From: Acidobacteriota bacterium
Lineage (GTDB): Bacteria > Acidobacteriota > Thermoanaerobaculia > UBA5066 > Gp7-AA6
Direction of reading: 5' to 3'
Length of the DNA stretch: 61,105 nucleotides
Assembly: GCA_003222385.1 (NCBI GenBank)
Contig: QHVV01000032.1
Span: 1-61,105 of the forward strand
The notes below the pieces were generated by a model. The model was not told where the DNA came from. It was given only the letters and a program-made list of their open reading frames with translations, and searched no databases. The translations under genes were made by a program, and so were the position numbers. Below are positions 1-9,957 of this stretch, piece by piece (within the stretch, counting starts at the first letter, position 1; each line of letters starts with the position of its first letter).

Positions 1-2567
1 TTGCCCCAGTATGCGGGAACGACGGCCGGGAAGTTCGCTTTGAACAGCGCCGTGGGGACCGAAGCCTGGAACGCATCGTCGGCCGCAACGGCGACGCTCA
101 TGAGGGTCTGTTCCGGGCCGAGGTAGACGAGCTCCTTTCCATCGCCTCTCCACCACGGTTGACTCCCCCCGGCCGTCGAGATCTGCCAGCGCCCCCGCTT
201 CTGCGGGAACTGCGTCACGTAAATCTCGAACCGGCCCGACTCGTCCGAGGCATAGGCGATCCAGCGCCCGTCCGGCGAGACCTGGCCCTGCGCCTCCGTG
301 AATTTCGACGCGAGCAGGGCGAACGGCTTTCCGCCATCGGTCGGCGCCACCCAGATATCCCAGGTGCTGCTCGCGCCGAACGTGTGGTACACGAGATAGC
401 GCCCGTCGCGAGTCCAGTCGGTCGGAAACTTGTCGCTGGCGGAGCGAACGGCGAGCCGGGGTTCCCCGCTCCCGCTCGCCGGTTTCTCGTACAGGTCGAG
501 CACGCCGGCGGTACCGGAAGTGAACACGATCCGGCTCCCGTCCGGAGACCAGAGCGGAGCGCGCTCGGCGGCCGGGTCGAACGTCAGCCGCGACCACGCT
601 CCTCTCGTCGAGTCGGAGACCCAGATGTCCGTGTTCGTCTTCGACTCTTCCCTCAGGGCGACGGCGATCCTCTTGCCGTCGGGCGAGAGGCGCGGGGTGC
701 TGTAGTCGCCGGCCTCGCCGACCGTACCGACGCGGCGTCCGGAACGGTCGAACCAGGCGAGTTGTCGGCTCTTCGCGGAAGGGGTCGAGTAAGCGAGCAC
801 GTTCGATCCCGAAACCGAAAAGGGCGCGTACCCCGGGGGGTTTCCGGTGAGAACCCCTTCGGCGACCCGGACGGGATTGCCTCGCAACTGCACGGATACT
901 TCGTCGAACGGATAGGCGACGAGCATTCCCTGCTGGACGGTGAGCAGGTATCCCCCGGCGTACTGGCCCATCGATTCCGAATTGACGACCAGCCGGGCCT
1001 TTCGCGAGTCCAGCGACGCCACGTAAATCCCAGTGTTTTCCCGCTTGGTGCTCCGCGCCCAGAACAGGAATCGTTTTCCGTCCGGCAGAAAGAACGGGAA
1101 TCGATGCCGGTCTTCCGCGCGCGCGACGTCGAATTCGGTGGCCGGCTGCGATTCTCCGCCCGTGTCCTGAACGCGAAAGAGCGGCGTCGGCGAACTCTGC
1201 GAGAAAACGATGACTCCTTGACTACTCCACGAACCGCCTCGTCCTGCCACGGCGTCGCAAAGCCTCTGCGGAGTCCCGCCCGACGCCTCGACTCTCTTCA
1301 GGCTCGTCGGTGTGAAGAACCCGAGGGACCGCCCGTCGGGCGACCAGAAGGGATGAAGAGCGTCCTCGGTACCCGGAAGAGGAACCGCCGTCAGGCTGTC
1401 TAGGGGGCGGATCCACAGCAGCGGCCGCGCTCCCCCGGGATTGGCGACGAAGGCGAGAGTTCGTCCGTCGGGTGACAGAGCCATCTGAGCGGAAGAGAGC
1501 TCTCCGGGAGGGGTGAACATCGTCTTTTCGGGAGCGAGAACCAAGAAGCGCGTCACCGCTGCGCGAAGGGAAGATCGCCTCCAGTCGCGCAGCAGCACGC
1601 CGGCGAGCAACGCCGCCGCAAGCGCGGCCAGCAGCCACGGCAGGAACAGCGCGGCGGTCCGGCGCCGCGGTCCGACGGAAACGGGCGCGGCGGACGTCGC
1701 CCCGTCCTGGATCCACCGGAGCTGCACGCCGATGTCGTGCGCGGTCTGCCAGCGGTCGTCCGGGTCTTTCGCGAGGCACGTCCGCACGACCCGGTCGAAG
1801 GCGGGCGGAGCGGTGGGGACGACCGTCGAGGCCGGCGCCGGCTCCGACGTCATGATCGAGGAAATGAGAGATGCCTGGCTGCGCCCGGAGAACGCCTTCT
1901 TGCCCGTCGCCATCTCGTAGAGCACCGCGCCGAAAGCGAAGATGTCGGAGCGCGCGTCGGCGTCGCGGCCCTCCAGCTGCTCCGGAGCCATGTACTGGAA
2001 GGTTCCGAGGATCGTTCCCTCCGCCGTCAGGTCTCGTCCCGTCTGCGTCGGGAGCGTCGTCAGCGACGCGCCTGATCGCGCCGCCGCGGGCGCCACCATT
2101 TTCGCCAGCCCGAAGTCGAGGAGCTTCACCCCGGACTTCGTCAGCATGATGTTGGCCGGCTTCAGATCCCGGTGGACGACCCCCTGCCGGTGCGCCCGGT
2201 CGAGGGCGTCCGCGATCTCAAGGCCGTACCGGAGCACCTGATCGAACGCGAGCGGCCCTTTCACCAGCCGATTCGACAGCGCCTCCCCCTCGAGGTACTC
2301 CATGACGAGGAACTCGACGCCGTCCTGGTTCCCGACGTCGTAGAGCGCGCAGATGTGCGGATGCGAGAGCTGCGAGATCGTCTTCGCCTCCCGCTCGAAC
2401 CGCTGGCGGACCTCCGGGCTCGCGGAGAGGTGCGACGGCAGGACTTTGACGGCAACCGTGCGGCCGAGGCGCGTGTCGCGGGCGCGGTAGACCTCGCCCA
2501 TGCCGCCGGAGCCGACCTCGCTCACGATCTCGTACGGGCCGAGGCGGGTGCCGGCGGCGAGCGTCAC
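1..2567 (-). CDS. Ser/Thr protein kinase with single TM segment and C-terminal TolB-like (PD40) beta-propeller; C-terminus runs off the left edge
   Basis: Absent from the ORF track because no stop lies inside the window. Reverse complement from GTG at 2567 reads [31 protein letters not shown]...VVHRDLKPANIML...DFGLAK...FQYMAPEQ. A hydrophobic segment (LFLPWLLAALAAALLAGVLL) and repeated SPDG[KR] propeller motifs follow, uninterrupted to position 1. Paralog of 3155..5809. Confidence 0.88.
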   Translation of the reverse strand, partial: MTLAAGTRLGPYEIVSEVGSGGMGEVYRARDTRLGRTVAVKVLPSHLSASPEVRQRFEREAKTISQLSHPHICALYDVGNQDGVEFLVMEYLEGEALSNRLVKGPLAFDQVLRYGLEIADALDRAHRQGVVHRDLKPANIMLTKSGVKLLDFGLAKMVAPAAARSGASLTTLPTQTGRDLTAEGTILGTFQYMAPEQLEGRDADARSDIFAFGAVLYEMATGKKAFSGRSQASLISSIMTSEPAPASTVVPTAPPAFDRVVRTCLAKDPDDRWQTAHDIGVQLRWIQDGATSAAPVSVGPRRRTAALFLPWLLAALAAALLAGVLLRDWRRSSLRAAVTRFLVLAPEKTMFTPPGELSSAQMALSPDGRTLAFVANPGGARPLLWIRPLDSLTAVPLPGTEDALHPFWSPDGRSLGFFTPTSLKRVEASGGTPQRLCDAVAGRGGSWSSQGVIVFSQSSPTPLFRVQDTGGESQPATEFDVARAEDRHRFPFFLPDGKRFLFWARSTKRENTGIYVASLDSRKARLVVNSESMGQYAGGYLLTVQQGMLVAYPFDEVSVQLRGNPVRVAEGVLTGNPPGYAPFSVSGSNVLAYSTPSAKSRQLAWFDRSGRRVGTVGEAGDYSTPRLSPDGKRIAVALREESKTNTDIWVSDSTRGAWSRLTFDPAAERAPLWSPDGSRIVFTSGTAGVLDLYEKPASGSGEPRLAVRSASDKFPTDWTRDGRYLVYHTFGASSTWDIWVAPTDGGKPFALLASKFTEAQGQVSPDGRWIAYASDESGRFEIYVTQFPQKRGRWQISTAGGSQPWWRGDGKELVYLGPEQTLMSVAVAADDAFQASVPTALFKANFPAVVPAYWG

Positions 2568-2577
2568 GGGTTTCGCG

Positions 2578-3084
2578 CTATCCGTGGATCCGCTTCGTCA
2601 GCGCCGGAACGCGGCCCACGAGGCGCGCGTACACGGCGAGCTGCCCGCGGTGGTATTCCTCGTGGGAAATCCCGTGGTTCATCCAGGCGAGGCGCGTCCC
2701 CTTCTTCCCGTCGAAGCGGTTGATGAGCTGCAGCATGTGGAGCTCCCCCGCCGCGCGGATCCTCTTTTCGCCGTCGGTGTGGGTCTGCCGCAGCGCCGCG
2801 AGGAGCTGCCGTTTCGATCGCATTCCCGAGATCCCGCGCGCGTACTCGATCAACAAGCCTTCGTACGACTTGCGCCGGAAGTCTCCGTCGGGACGCGAGA
2901 GCTCTCCGGACATCAGGAGACCCGACTCGATGACGTGCTGGAGGAGCTCGATGATCGAGCGGCTCTTCTCCGACGCGCGGAACCCGAAGTCCTTTTCGGG
3001 AAGGTTTCGCGCCTCCTCCAGGACGCCGCCGCGCGTGTAGGACCAGGCCTCCAGGGCTTCTTCGAGCATGCTGCGAAAGTCCAT
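2578..3084 (-). CDS. DinB-family (DinB/YfiT-like four-helix bundle) protein
   Basis: 168-aa ORF. It has DinB-like helices with conserved His positions (LLQHVIES..., NHGISHEEYHRGQL). Confidence 0.8.
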   Translation of the reverse strand: MDFRSMLEEALEAWSYTRGGVLEEARNLPEKDFGFRASEKSRSIIELLQHVIESGLLMSGELSRPDGDFRRKSYEGLLIEYARGISGMRSKRQLLAALRQTHTDGEKRIRAAGELHMLQLINRFDGKKGTRLAWMNHGISHEEYHRGQLAVYARLVGRVPALTKRIHG

Positions 3085-3154
3085 GCGTTCTCTCAGCCTC
3101 CCTACGGTGTTGCGTGGGAATGATATCTGGGCGGCCGAAACGGACGGAAACGAC

Positions 3155-5809
3155 CTACTTCCGAAGCCCGGACGTCCAGTTGAGAACGAGCGTCATCGGA
3201 TTCGGTGCGCCTTCCGCCGCCGGCATGTTGATCAGCAACCGCTGACCGTCGCGCGTGACGTCGGATCCCTGAGGGTGCGGCGTCAACAGGAGATCCGTTG
3301 GGGCCGACGACTGGAAAGAAGGCGCGGTCTGAATCTGGACGAGCTTCCGCTTGTCGGGGAGCTCCAGGTAGACGAGCTCGCGGCCGCCGCTCGTCCACCG
3401 TGGGCTTCGGCCGCTCGACGTCGAGACCTGGAACTTCTGACCCGTCGCCGGGAACGGCTGAACAAAAACCTCCTCTTTGCCGGTCTCGTTCGACCGATAG
3501 GCGATCCACCGGCCGTCGGGCGAGAAGCGTGCGTCATCCTCCTCGAACGGGGTCGCGAGCAGCGGAGTCGGCTTCCGATCTCCCGTCAGAGGCAGGAGCC
3601 ACAGATCTGATCCGGTCTTCGGATCCCTCTGCCGGTAGACGAGCCAGCGTCCGTCGGGACTGACGTCGATCGGATCCTTCCAGAGGTCGGATTTCAGCAG
3701 CTGAGTTTCGGAGCCGCCGCCCGTCGTCTCCTTTTGATAGAGGTCTCCGATCCCGGCCTTGTTCGAGCTGAAGAAGATCCGTTTGCCATCGGGCGACCAG
3801 ACCGGGTCGGATTCCCGCGCCGGGTCGAAGGTGAATCGCGAGCCGATCCCGCGCGAGTTGTCGATGATCCAAAGATCGGCGCTGCGTGTGGTCGGATCGA
3901 GGCGTTTGACGGCGACCGAAGAACCGTCCGGCGAGATCCGGGGGTCGCCGTCGTACTCGCCGTCCGGTCCCAGCGTCGAGATCCTCCTGCCGGACCGATC
4001 GAACCAGACGAGCTGCTTCGCGGCGTGACTCGCGCCCTCGTAGGCCAGCACGCCGTTGTCGGACGCCCAGAACGCGGCGGAACCCCACGTCGCGACGTAC
4101 TGGACGTCGCGACCGACGACGACCGGCTCGCCGGTCGTGCGGAACGCTTTCGCGTCGAACGGCTGCGCCACGAGAACGTTCTCGCGCACGAATAGGAGAT
4201 ATCCGGGTTTCGCGAAATAGGCCGGAACGTCCAGGTCGGCCACGCGCTTCACTCCTTTCGAATCGAGTGACCCGACGTAGATCCCGCTGTTCTGGGACGG
4301 CTCGGCGCGGGCGAGGTAGAGAAAGTGCCGTCCGTCCGGCAGGAACTGCGGCCGCCAGTGGCCGACTTCCCCGCGCGATTTGTCGAGCGTCGTGACCTGC
4401 TCGATCGGGCCGCCCGAGGCCGAAATGCGAAAGATGGAACTGGCGCCCGTCTTTTCGAACAGGATGACGTTGTCGCGGTTCCAGGAGCAGCCGCGGCCGT
4501 CGGCCATATCGGCGATCTTCTGCGGAGGGCCTCCCGGGATCTCGAACTTCATGAGGCCGGTTCCTCCAAACCCGATGAAACGGCCGTCCGGAGACCAGAA
4601 CGGATCGTACGACTCCCGCGTGCCTTCCAGTTTCTGTGCCTCGCCCGAATCGAGCGAGCGGACGAACAGCCATCCGATGCCGTCGGCGTCCTTCGCGTTG
4701 AACGCGACTTTTCGGCCGTCGGGAGAGACGACGGGGGGGCCGTCGATCGGATCGAAGAGCGTTCCGGGCGGCGGCAGGATCGATGCGCGGACCGGAACCG
4801 ACGGCTTCGGCGCGCGCTGGACGTAACCGATCGTCGGGGCCGCCGCGACGAGGGCCAGAACTCCGGCGATTCCCCAGGCGAGTCTTTCGCGGCTCTTTCT
4901 CCGCGCGACGACCGGCGCGGGCAACCCTGCAGCCGAGCCGCCTTCCGCGACCCATTTGAGCTCCAGCATCACGTCGTGCGCCGTCTGCCAGCGGTCGTCG
5001 GGATCCTTCGCGAGACAGGTCTTGACGACCCGGTCGAACGCGGGAGGCGTCATCGGCGCGACCGCCGAGACCGCAGGGGGCTGCGTCCCCATGATCGACG
5101 AGATCAGCGACGCCTGGCTCTTGCCGGAGAACGCTTTCTGCCCCGTCGCCATCTCGTAGAGCACCGCCCCGAACGCGAAGATGTCCGTCCGCGCGTCGGC
5201 TTCTCTTCCCTCGAGCTGCTCGGGCGCCATGTACTGGAACGTGCCCAGGATCGTGCCCTCCTGCGTCAGATTCGATCCCGCCTGAGTCGGCAGGGCCGTG
5301 AGCGACGCTCCGGAAGAGCGCCCCGCCGGCGCGATCACTTTCGCCAGACCGAAGTCGAGAAGCTTTACGCCGGACTTCGTGATCATCACGTTGCCGGGCT
5401 TGAGGTCGCGGTGCACGATTCCCTGCCGGTGCGCCTTGTCCAGGGCATCGGCCATCTCGATCCCGTAACGCAGTACCTGCTCGAACTCGAGCGGTCCCTT
5501 GAGAAGCCGGTCCGACAGCGTCTCGCCCTCCAGGTACTCCATGACCAGGAACTCGACGCCGTCCTGGTTGCCCACGTCGTAGAGCGCGCAGATGTGCGGA
5601 TGGGAGAGCTGGGAGATCGTCTTCGCCTCCCGCTCGAAACGTTGGCGCGACTCGACCGAAGACGACAGGTGCGCCGGCAGCACCTTGACCGCCACCGTGC
5701 GATCCAAGCGCGTGTCCTTCGCCCGGTAGACCTCTCCCATTCCGCCTGCGCCAATCGGCGCGAGAAGCTCGTAAGGCCCGAGACGGGTTCCCGCGGAAAG
5801 TGTGGTCAC
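3155..5809 (-). CDS. Ser/Thr protein kinase with TM segment and C-terminal TolB-like beta-propeller
   Basis: Kinase motifs [37 protein letters not shown], then TM ([19 protein letters not shown]) and many SPDG[KR] repeats. GTG at 5809 ([14 protein letters not shown]) is preferred over the track start 5974. Paralogs begin at the same motif, and the extra 55 codons are Arg-rich and unrelated. Confidence 0.9.
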   Translation of the reverse strand: MTTLSAGTRLGPYELLAPIGAGGMGEVYRAKDTRLDRTVAVKVLPAHLSSSVESRQRFEREAKTISQLSHPHICALYDVGNQDGVEFLVMEYLEGETLSDRLLKGPLEFEQVLRYGIEMADALDKAHRQGIVHRDLKPGNVMITKSGVKLLDFGLAKVIAPAGRSSGASLTALPTQAGSNLTQEGTILGTFQYMAPEQLEGREADARTDIFAFGAVLYEMATGQKAFSGKSQASLISSIMGTQPPAVSAVAPMTPPAFDRVVKTCLAKDPDDRWQTAHDVMLELKWVAEGGSAAGLPAPVVARRKSRERLAWGIAGVLALVAAAPTIGYVQRAPKPSVPVRASILPPPGTLFDPIDGPPVVSPDGRKVAFNAKDADGIGWLFVRSLDSGEAQKLEGTRESYDPFWSPDGRFIGFGGTGLMKFEIPGGPPQKIADMADGRGCSWNRDNVILFEKTGASSIFRISASGGPIEQVTTLDKSRGEVGHWRPQFLPDGRHFLYLARAEPSQNSGIYVGSLDSKGVKRVADLDVPAYFAKPGYLLFVRENVLVAQPFDAKAFRTTGEPVVVGRDVQYVATWGSAAFWASDNGVLAYEGASHAAKQLVWFDRSGRRISTLGPDGEYDGDPRISPDGSSVAVKRLDPTTRSADLWIIDNSRGIGSRFTFDPARESDPVWSPDGKRIFFSSNKAGIGDLYQKETTGGGSETQLLKSDLWKDPIDVSPDGRWLVYRQRDPKTGSDLWLLPLTGDRKPTPLLATPFEEDDARFSPDGRWIAYRSNETGKEEVFVQPFPATGQKFQVSTSSGRSPRWTSGGRELVYLELPDKRKLVQIQTAPSFQSSAPTDLLLTPHPQGSDVTRDGQRLLINMPAAEGAPNPMTLVLNWTSGLRK

Positions 5810-6003
5810 AATCCGCACTTCCCGAGATAGCTGCTCTCGATCTGCGAAAGCATCTCTTCGATATCCGCGGTGGGAAACGAGTACCGGAGGGCGGCGCGAA
5901 CTGCCTCGATCTTTCTCCTCTCGCTTGAAACGGGATCCCTCCGGAGCGCAGTTCGGAGCGCACGGCGGACCCACACCGCCACTGTCGGGAGCCGCTCGCT
6001 CAT
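5806..6003 (-). CDS. small hypothetical protein (65 aa); tail resembles antitoxin-like helical proteins
   Basis: The third codon position is mostly G/C. Its TGA stop overlaps the kinase GTG start (GTGA at 5806..5809), the coupling pattern used throughout this window. Sequence ...[31 protein letters not shown]. No confident family assignment. Confidence 0.35.
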   Translation of the reverse strand: MSERLPTVAVWVRRALRTALRRDPVSSERRKIEAVRAALRYSFPTADIEEMLSQIESSYLGKCGL

Positions 6004-6098
6004 GTCTGTGGGTCCATCTTACTCACGTGTATCAGTCACTCGTTTGCACAAGGAAGGGATTCCTTGCTCCGTCCGGGATGACACAGGCAATGACCCGC

Positions 6099-6410
6099 TC
6101 AGAACCCCAGCGCGAAGAGAACGGCGCTGCGCAGCTCGGCCATCCGCTCGGCCGAGAGCGTCGTGATCAGGGAACCGATCTTCTGGCGGGAGACCGTCTG
6201 AACGTGGTCGAGATTGGCGGCGCACTCACGAGGCATCCCGTCTTCTTTTGTCAGCGCGACCTCCGAGGGGATATCGCGGACCGTGCTCGTCACTGGAGCG
6301 ACGGTGACCTCCGCGAGGTACTCCAAGGTCGAGTCGCGCGTCAGGATCACGACCGGCCTTCGCTTGTCCGGATTCGAGAACCGGTACCACCGTACCTCGC
6401 CCCGCCTCAC
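6099..6410 (-). CDS. mazF: type II toxin, MazF/PemK-family endoribonuclease
   Basis: VRRGEVRWYRFSNPDKRRPVVILTRD...VTVAPVTSTVRDIPSEVAL...ANLDHVQTVSRQKIG is a typical PemK/MazF fold signature. The GTG at 6410 overlaps the antitoxin stop (GTGA), so it is preferred over the track start 6440. Confidence 0.82.
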   Translation of the reverse strand: MRRGEVRWYRFSNPDKRRPVVILTRDSTLEYLAEVTVAPVTSTVRDIPSEVALTKEDGMPRECAANLDHVQTVSRQKIGSLITTLSAERMAELRSAVLFALGF

Positions 6411-6640
6411 GGCTCGGTCCAAACCTGCTCGGATTCCCATACGTCGAACTCCGCGACTCCGACCGGCTGACGCTCGTAACCCTGGCGGTGCTTCCGTTCG
6501 AGATTGCGAGCCCGCTCCCGGGCGAGCGCCTCCCGCAGAGCGTCGCGGGTGAAAGCCGACCGGCTCTTGCCGAGCTTGCGCGCCGCCCGGTCGACGGCTT
6601 CGACCAGGCTCTCGTCGAGTGTCATCTGAACGGTCTTCAT
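6407..6640 (-). CDS. mazE: ribbon-helix-helix (CopG-type) antitoxin partner of MazF
   Basis: MKTVQMTLDESLVEAVDRAARKLGKSRSAFTRDALREAL is an RHH beta-strand plus two helices. GGAG lies 6 nt upstream of the ATG at 6640. The gene is immediately upstream of, and overlapping, the toxin. Confidence 0.78.
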   Translation of the reverse strand: MKTVQMTLDESLVEAVDRAARKLGKSRSAFTRDALREALARERARNLERKHRQGYERQPVGVAEFDVWESEQVWTEP

Positions 6641-6721
6641 GGGCACTCCATGTGGATGATTATAGCTATTCCGATCCTCATCCCTGAAACCCTGCCCGGA
6701 CCGGGCTCGTAGAGAATACGG

Positions 6722-6735
6722 ACTGACCGGTCAGT
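6722..6735. promoter_or_regulatory. perfect 14-bp palindrome ACTGACCGGTCAGT, candidate TetR operator
   Basis: Read directly from the sequence, 12 nt upstream of the tetR-family ATG (6747), in the divergent mazE/tetR intergenic region. Confidence 0.4.
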
Positions 6736-6746
6736 TCCGAAACGAG

Positions 6747-7328
6747 ATGCCGCGAATCAAGACGCCCGACAAGGAACAGGCGATCCTGGAAGCGGCCGCC
6801 CGGGTCTTCTCGGGACGGCCGTTCCACGAGGCCCTGATCGACGACGTCGCCGCTCGCGCGCGCGTCGGCAAGGGCACGATCTATCGGTACTTCCAGACGA
6901 AGGAAGATCTTTTCTTCGCCGCGATCCTCCACAGCTTCGACGAGCTCTCGGCGGCGCTGGCCGTCTCCCTCGAGCGGGAGACGTCGCCGGTCAAACGCCT
7001 CGAGCGGATCGCGCGCGAGGTCCTCTCGTTTTCGTGGGAGCGGCGGGACCTCTTCGCCCTCCTCCTCTCGGACGAGCGGCGGTTCCCCGAGCGGGAGGAG
7101 GAGTTGCAGAAGAGACGCGAGGCGATCTCCCGCCTGGTGCAGGAGGCGATCCTGGAAGGCATCCGCCGGCGCGAGTTCCGCGGAATCGACGCGCGCGTGG
7201 GGGCGGAGCTCTTCCGGGGAATGATCCGCGCCGCGAATTCCCTTCGCCCGAGAGAGGAGACGTTGGACGAGCTGGTGTCGGAGATCGTCGGCATCTTCAC
7301 CCACGGCATCGAGAGAGACGGCCGATGA
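6747..7328 (+). CDS. TetR/AcrR-family transcriptional regulator
   Basis: N-terminal HTH signature ...ILEAAARVFSGRPFHEALIDDVAARARVGKGTIYRYFQTKEDLFFAAI. It is the first gene of the efflux operon. Confidence 0.9.
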   Translation: MPRIKTPDKEQAILEAAARVFSGRPFHEALIDDVAARARVGKGTIYRYFQTKEDLFFAAILHSFDELSAALAVSLERETSPVKRLERIAREVLSFSWERRDLFALLLSDERRFPEREEELQKRREAISRLVQEAILEGIRRREFRGIDARVGAELFRGMIRAANSLRPREETLDELVSEIVGIFTHGIERDGR

Positions 7329-8806
7329 AAACAGCAGGCGCGCGGACGCGGGCGACGTTGGCGGCGATCGCAGTGATCGCGGCGACCACGGTGCTGCCCG
7401 GTTGCGCGACGCGCGACGTCGACGCGCGGGTGTCGTCCAGTCCCGCGACGCCCTGGCAGCCCCCTCCCGAAGGACGCATGCCTCCCGCAAAGCCGACGCC
7501 GCCGCCCGCGATTCCGGCGGCGTATCTCCAGCCGGGAGCGACCATCACGCTCGAGCAAGTCTTAGACGTCGCGCTGCGGAACAATCCCGTGACGCGCACC
7601 TCCTGGCACCAGGCCCGGGCGGCCGCCGCGAACCTGGGCGCCAAGCGAGCCGAGTACTTTCCGGACCTCGAGCTCGACGCGAACGTGACGCGATCCAAGC
7701 AGACGTCGGTCGGGGGACGGTTCATCACGCTCCAGACTACGTACGGCCCTTCGGTCAGCCTGTCCTGGCTCCTCCTCGACCTGGGCGGCCGCGCCGCGGA
7801 CGTCGACGAGGCGAGGAACGCGCTCTTCTCGGCCGACTGGACCCACGACGCCGTGATCCAGAACCTGGTTCTGCAGGTCGAGGTCGCGTTCTACCAGTAC
7901 CAGAACGCGAGGGCGCAGGCCGCGGCCGCCGAGGCGACGCTCAAGCAGGCGCGGGAGAGCCTCGCCGCGGCCGAGGAGAGGCACCGCGCGGGGGTCGCGA
8001 CGATCGCCGACGTCCTGCAGGCAAAGACGGCGGTGTCCCAGGCGGAGCTCGCACTCGAGACCGCGCAGGGATCGATTCAGACGCTGCGGGGAGCGCTCGC
8101 GACCGCCGCCGGCGTTTCGCCCGATATCCCGGTGGAAGTCGCGCCGCTGGCGGAGAACGTGAACGTCGAACAGATCGGGGAAACCGTGGACGCATTGATC
8201 GAGCGCGCGCAGAGTCAGCGTCCCGACCTCGCGGCCGCGCGGTTCGAAGTCCTCAAGGCGCAGAGCCACGTCCGGTCGATCCGGTCGGAGGGTCTTCCGA
8301 CGCTCGCGGCGGCGGGCTCGGTCGGCCGGGTGTACTTCTACAACTCCCCCGGCCTGCCGTTCGCGGACAACTACTCGGGCGCGATCCTCTTCCGCTTTCC
8401 GATCTTCACCGGAGGGCAGAACGTCTACGAGACCCTGGAGGCCCGCGAGCAGGCGCGAAGCGCCGAGGGGCAGGCGGAGACGCTGAAGGACCAGGTCGTC
8501 CTGCAGGTCTGGACGAGCTACTACAACTTGAAGACGGCCGCGCAGCGCATCCGCACCGCGCGCGATCTGCTGACCGCGGCAACGCAGTCGCAGGAGGTCG
8601 CGGCAGGCCGGTATCGCGCGGGAGTAGGGTCGATCCTGGATCTCCTGATCGCTCAGAGCGCCTACGCCAACGCCCGCGCCCAGGAGGCGCAGGCCCGGTC
8701 CGACTGGTTCGTCGCTCTCGCGATGCTGGCGCACGACACGGGCTCGCTCGGACCGCCGGCGGACCGGCCGGTCCCCTCCGCGGGCGAGAAGGGAGCGGGG
8801 CAGTGA
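7325..8806 (+). CDS. TolC-family outer-membrane efflux lipoprotein (OMF)
   Basis: Real start is the ATG at 7325 (MKTAGARTRATLAAIAVIAATTVLPGC, signal plus lipobox), overlapping the tetR stop (ATGA). Two TolC-like repeat halves are present (LEQVLDVALRNNP..., ALIERAQSQRPDL...). The N-terminal part of the track ORF 7034..8806 is spurious. Confidence 0.88.
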   Translation: MKTAGARTRATLAAIAVIAATTVLPGCATRDVDARVSSSPATPWQPPPEGRMPPAKPTPPPAIPAAYLQPGATITLEQVLDVALRNNPVTRTSWHQARAAAANLGAKRAEYFPDLELDANVTRSKQTSVGGRFITLQTTYGPSVSLSWLLLDLGGRAADVDEARNALFSADWTHDAVIQNLVLQVEVAFYQYQNARAQAAAAEATLKQARESLAAAEERHRAGVATIADVLQAKTAVSQAELALETAQGSIQTLRGALATAAGVSPDIPVEVAPLAENVNVEQIGETVDALIERAQSQRPDLAAARFEVLKAQSHVRSIRSEGLPTLAAAGSVGRVYFYNSPGLPFADNYSGAILFRFPIFTGGQNVYETLEAREQARSAEGQAETLKDQVVLQVWTSYYNLKTAAQRIRTARDLLTAATQSQEVAAGRYRAGVGSILDLLIAQSAYANARAQEAQARSDWFVALAMLAHDTGSLGPPADRPVPSAGEKGAGQ

Positions 8807-9957
8807 GCGTCCAGAAAAGAGCGATCGTCCAGAAGAGAGCGCTCCCGTGGGGGATCTCTTTCGCTGCGGCCCTTGTGTTGGCCTTCGCCTGCACCTGCTC
8901 GAAGAAGGACGCGCGCGCGGGTGCGACTCCCGAAGCGGCTCCCGTGACCGTCGCGAGCGTCGCGCGGCAGGACGTCCCCGTGGAAGTCCGCGCGATCGGG
9001 CACGTCGAGCCCTTCACGACCGTGGCGCTGAAGGCGCGCGTGGGCGGCCAGGTGATCCGGGTCGGGTTCCAGCAGGGACAGGACGTTCGGAAGGGCGACC
9101 TTCTCTTCCAGATCGACCCGCGTCCCTATCAGGCCGCGCTTGCGCAGGCGCGCGCGCAGCTCGAACGCGATCGAGCGATCGCCCGGAACGCCGAGGATGA
9201 TGTCAAGCGCTACACCGACCTCGTCAAGAAGGATTACGTGACGCGGGAGCAGTACGACTCGACGCGAGCCGCCGCCGCGGCCGCGGTCGCCACGACGAAA
9301 TCCGACGAGGCCGCCGTCGAAAACGCGCAGCTGCAGCTCTCCTACTGCACGGTCGCCGCGCCCATGTCAGGGAGGACGGGAAGCGTCCTCGTCAATCCCG
9401 GCAACATGGTGAAGGGCAACGACGACAATCCCCTCGTCGTCCTGAACCAGGTCCAGCCGGTTTATGTCTCCTTTTCCGTCCCGGAGTCATCGCTTGCGCA
9501 GATCCGCCAGCGCCTCCGCCCCGGCGAGAAGCTGAAGGTGCTCGCCGCGGCCTCGGGGAACCCGTCCAACACCCAGACGGGTGAGCTCTCGTTCCTGAAC
9601 AACGCGGTCGACCCGGGCACGGGAACGATCCTGTTGAAGGCGACGTTTCCCAACGAGAATGAGGCGCTCTGGCCCGGGGAGTACGTCGACGTCGTGCTGA
9701 CTCTCGCGACCGAGGCGAAGGCGATCGTCGTACCGGCGCAGGCGGTCCAGACCGGCCAGGCGGGACAATACGTCTGGGTGGTCAAGAACGATCTGACCGT
9801 GGAGTCGCGGCCGGTCACCTTGAGCCGGACGCAGGGTCCGCTCGCGATCGTCGCGAAGGGGCTGGAAGAGGGAGAGCGGGTCGTCACGGACGGACAGTTG
9901 CGACTCGCGCCCGGAACGAAAGTGCAGGTCCGCAAGGTCGAAGGAAAGACGGCATGA
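8803..9957 (+). CDS. RND efflux periplasmic adaptor (AcrA/MexA/HlyD family)
   Basis: GTG at 8803 overlaps the OMF stop (GTGA). N-terminal membrane anchor (AAALVLAFACTCSK). Adaptor motifs LFQIDPRPYQAALAQA, coiled-coil segment, YCTVAAPMSGR. Confidence 0.88.
   Translation: MSVQKRAIVQKRALPWGISFAAALVLAFACTCSKKDARAGATPEAAPVTVASVARQDVPVEVRAIGHVEPFTTVALKARVGGQVIRVGFQQGQDVRKGDLLFQIDPRPYQAALAQARAQLERDRAIARNAEDDVKRYTDLVKKDYVTREQYDSTRAAAAAAVATTKSDEAAVENAQLQLSYCTVAAPMSGRTGSVLVNPGNMVKGNDDNPLVVLNQVQPVYVSFSVPESSLAQIRQRLRPGEKLKVLAAASGNPSNTQTGELSFLNNAVDPGTGTILLKATFPNENEALWPGEYVDVVLTLATEAKAIVVPAQAVQTGQAGQYVWVVKNDLTVESRPVTLSRTQGPLAIVAKGLEEGERVVTDGQLRLAPGTKVQVRKVEGKTA

Noticed and set aside
159-2723. Several plus-strand ORFs (414 aa, 135 aa, 183 aa and others) at the left end
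   Set aside because: All are antisense to the partial kinase/propeller gene, which reads cleanly from 2567 to the window edge. They show an Arg/Pro-rich off-frame composition.
3155-5974. Track start codon at 5974 for kinase 2
   Set aside because: The first 55 codons ([26 protein letters not shown]...) are unrelated to the paralogs and overlap a separate small ORF. The GTG at 5809 aligns with the starts of the other two kinases.
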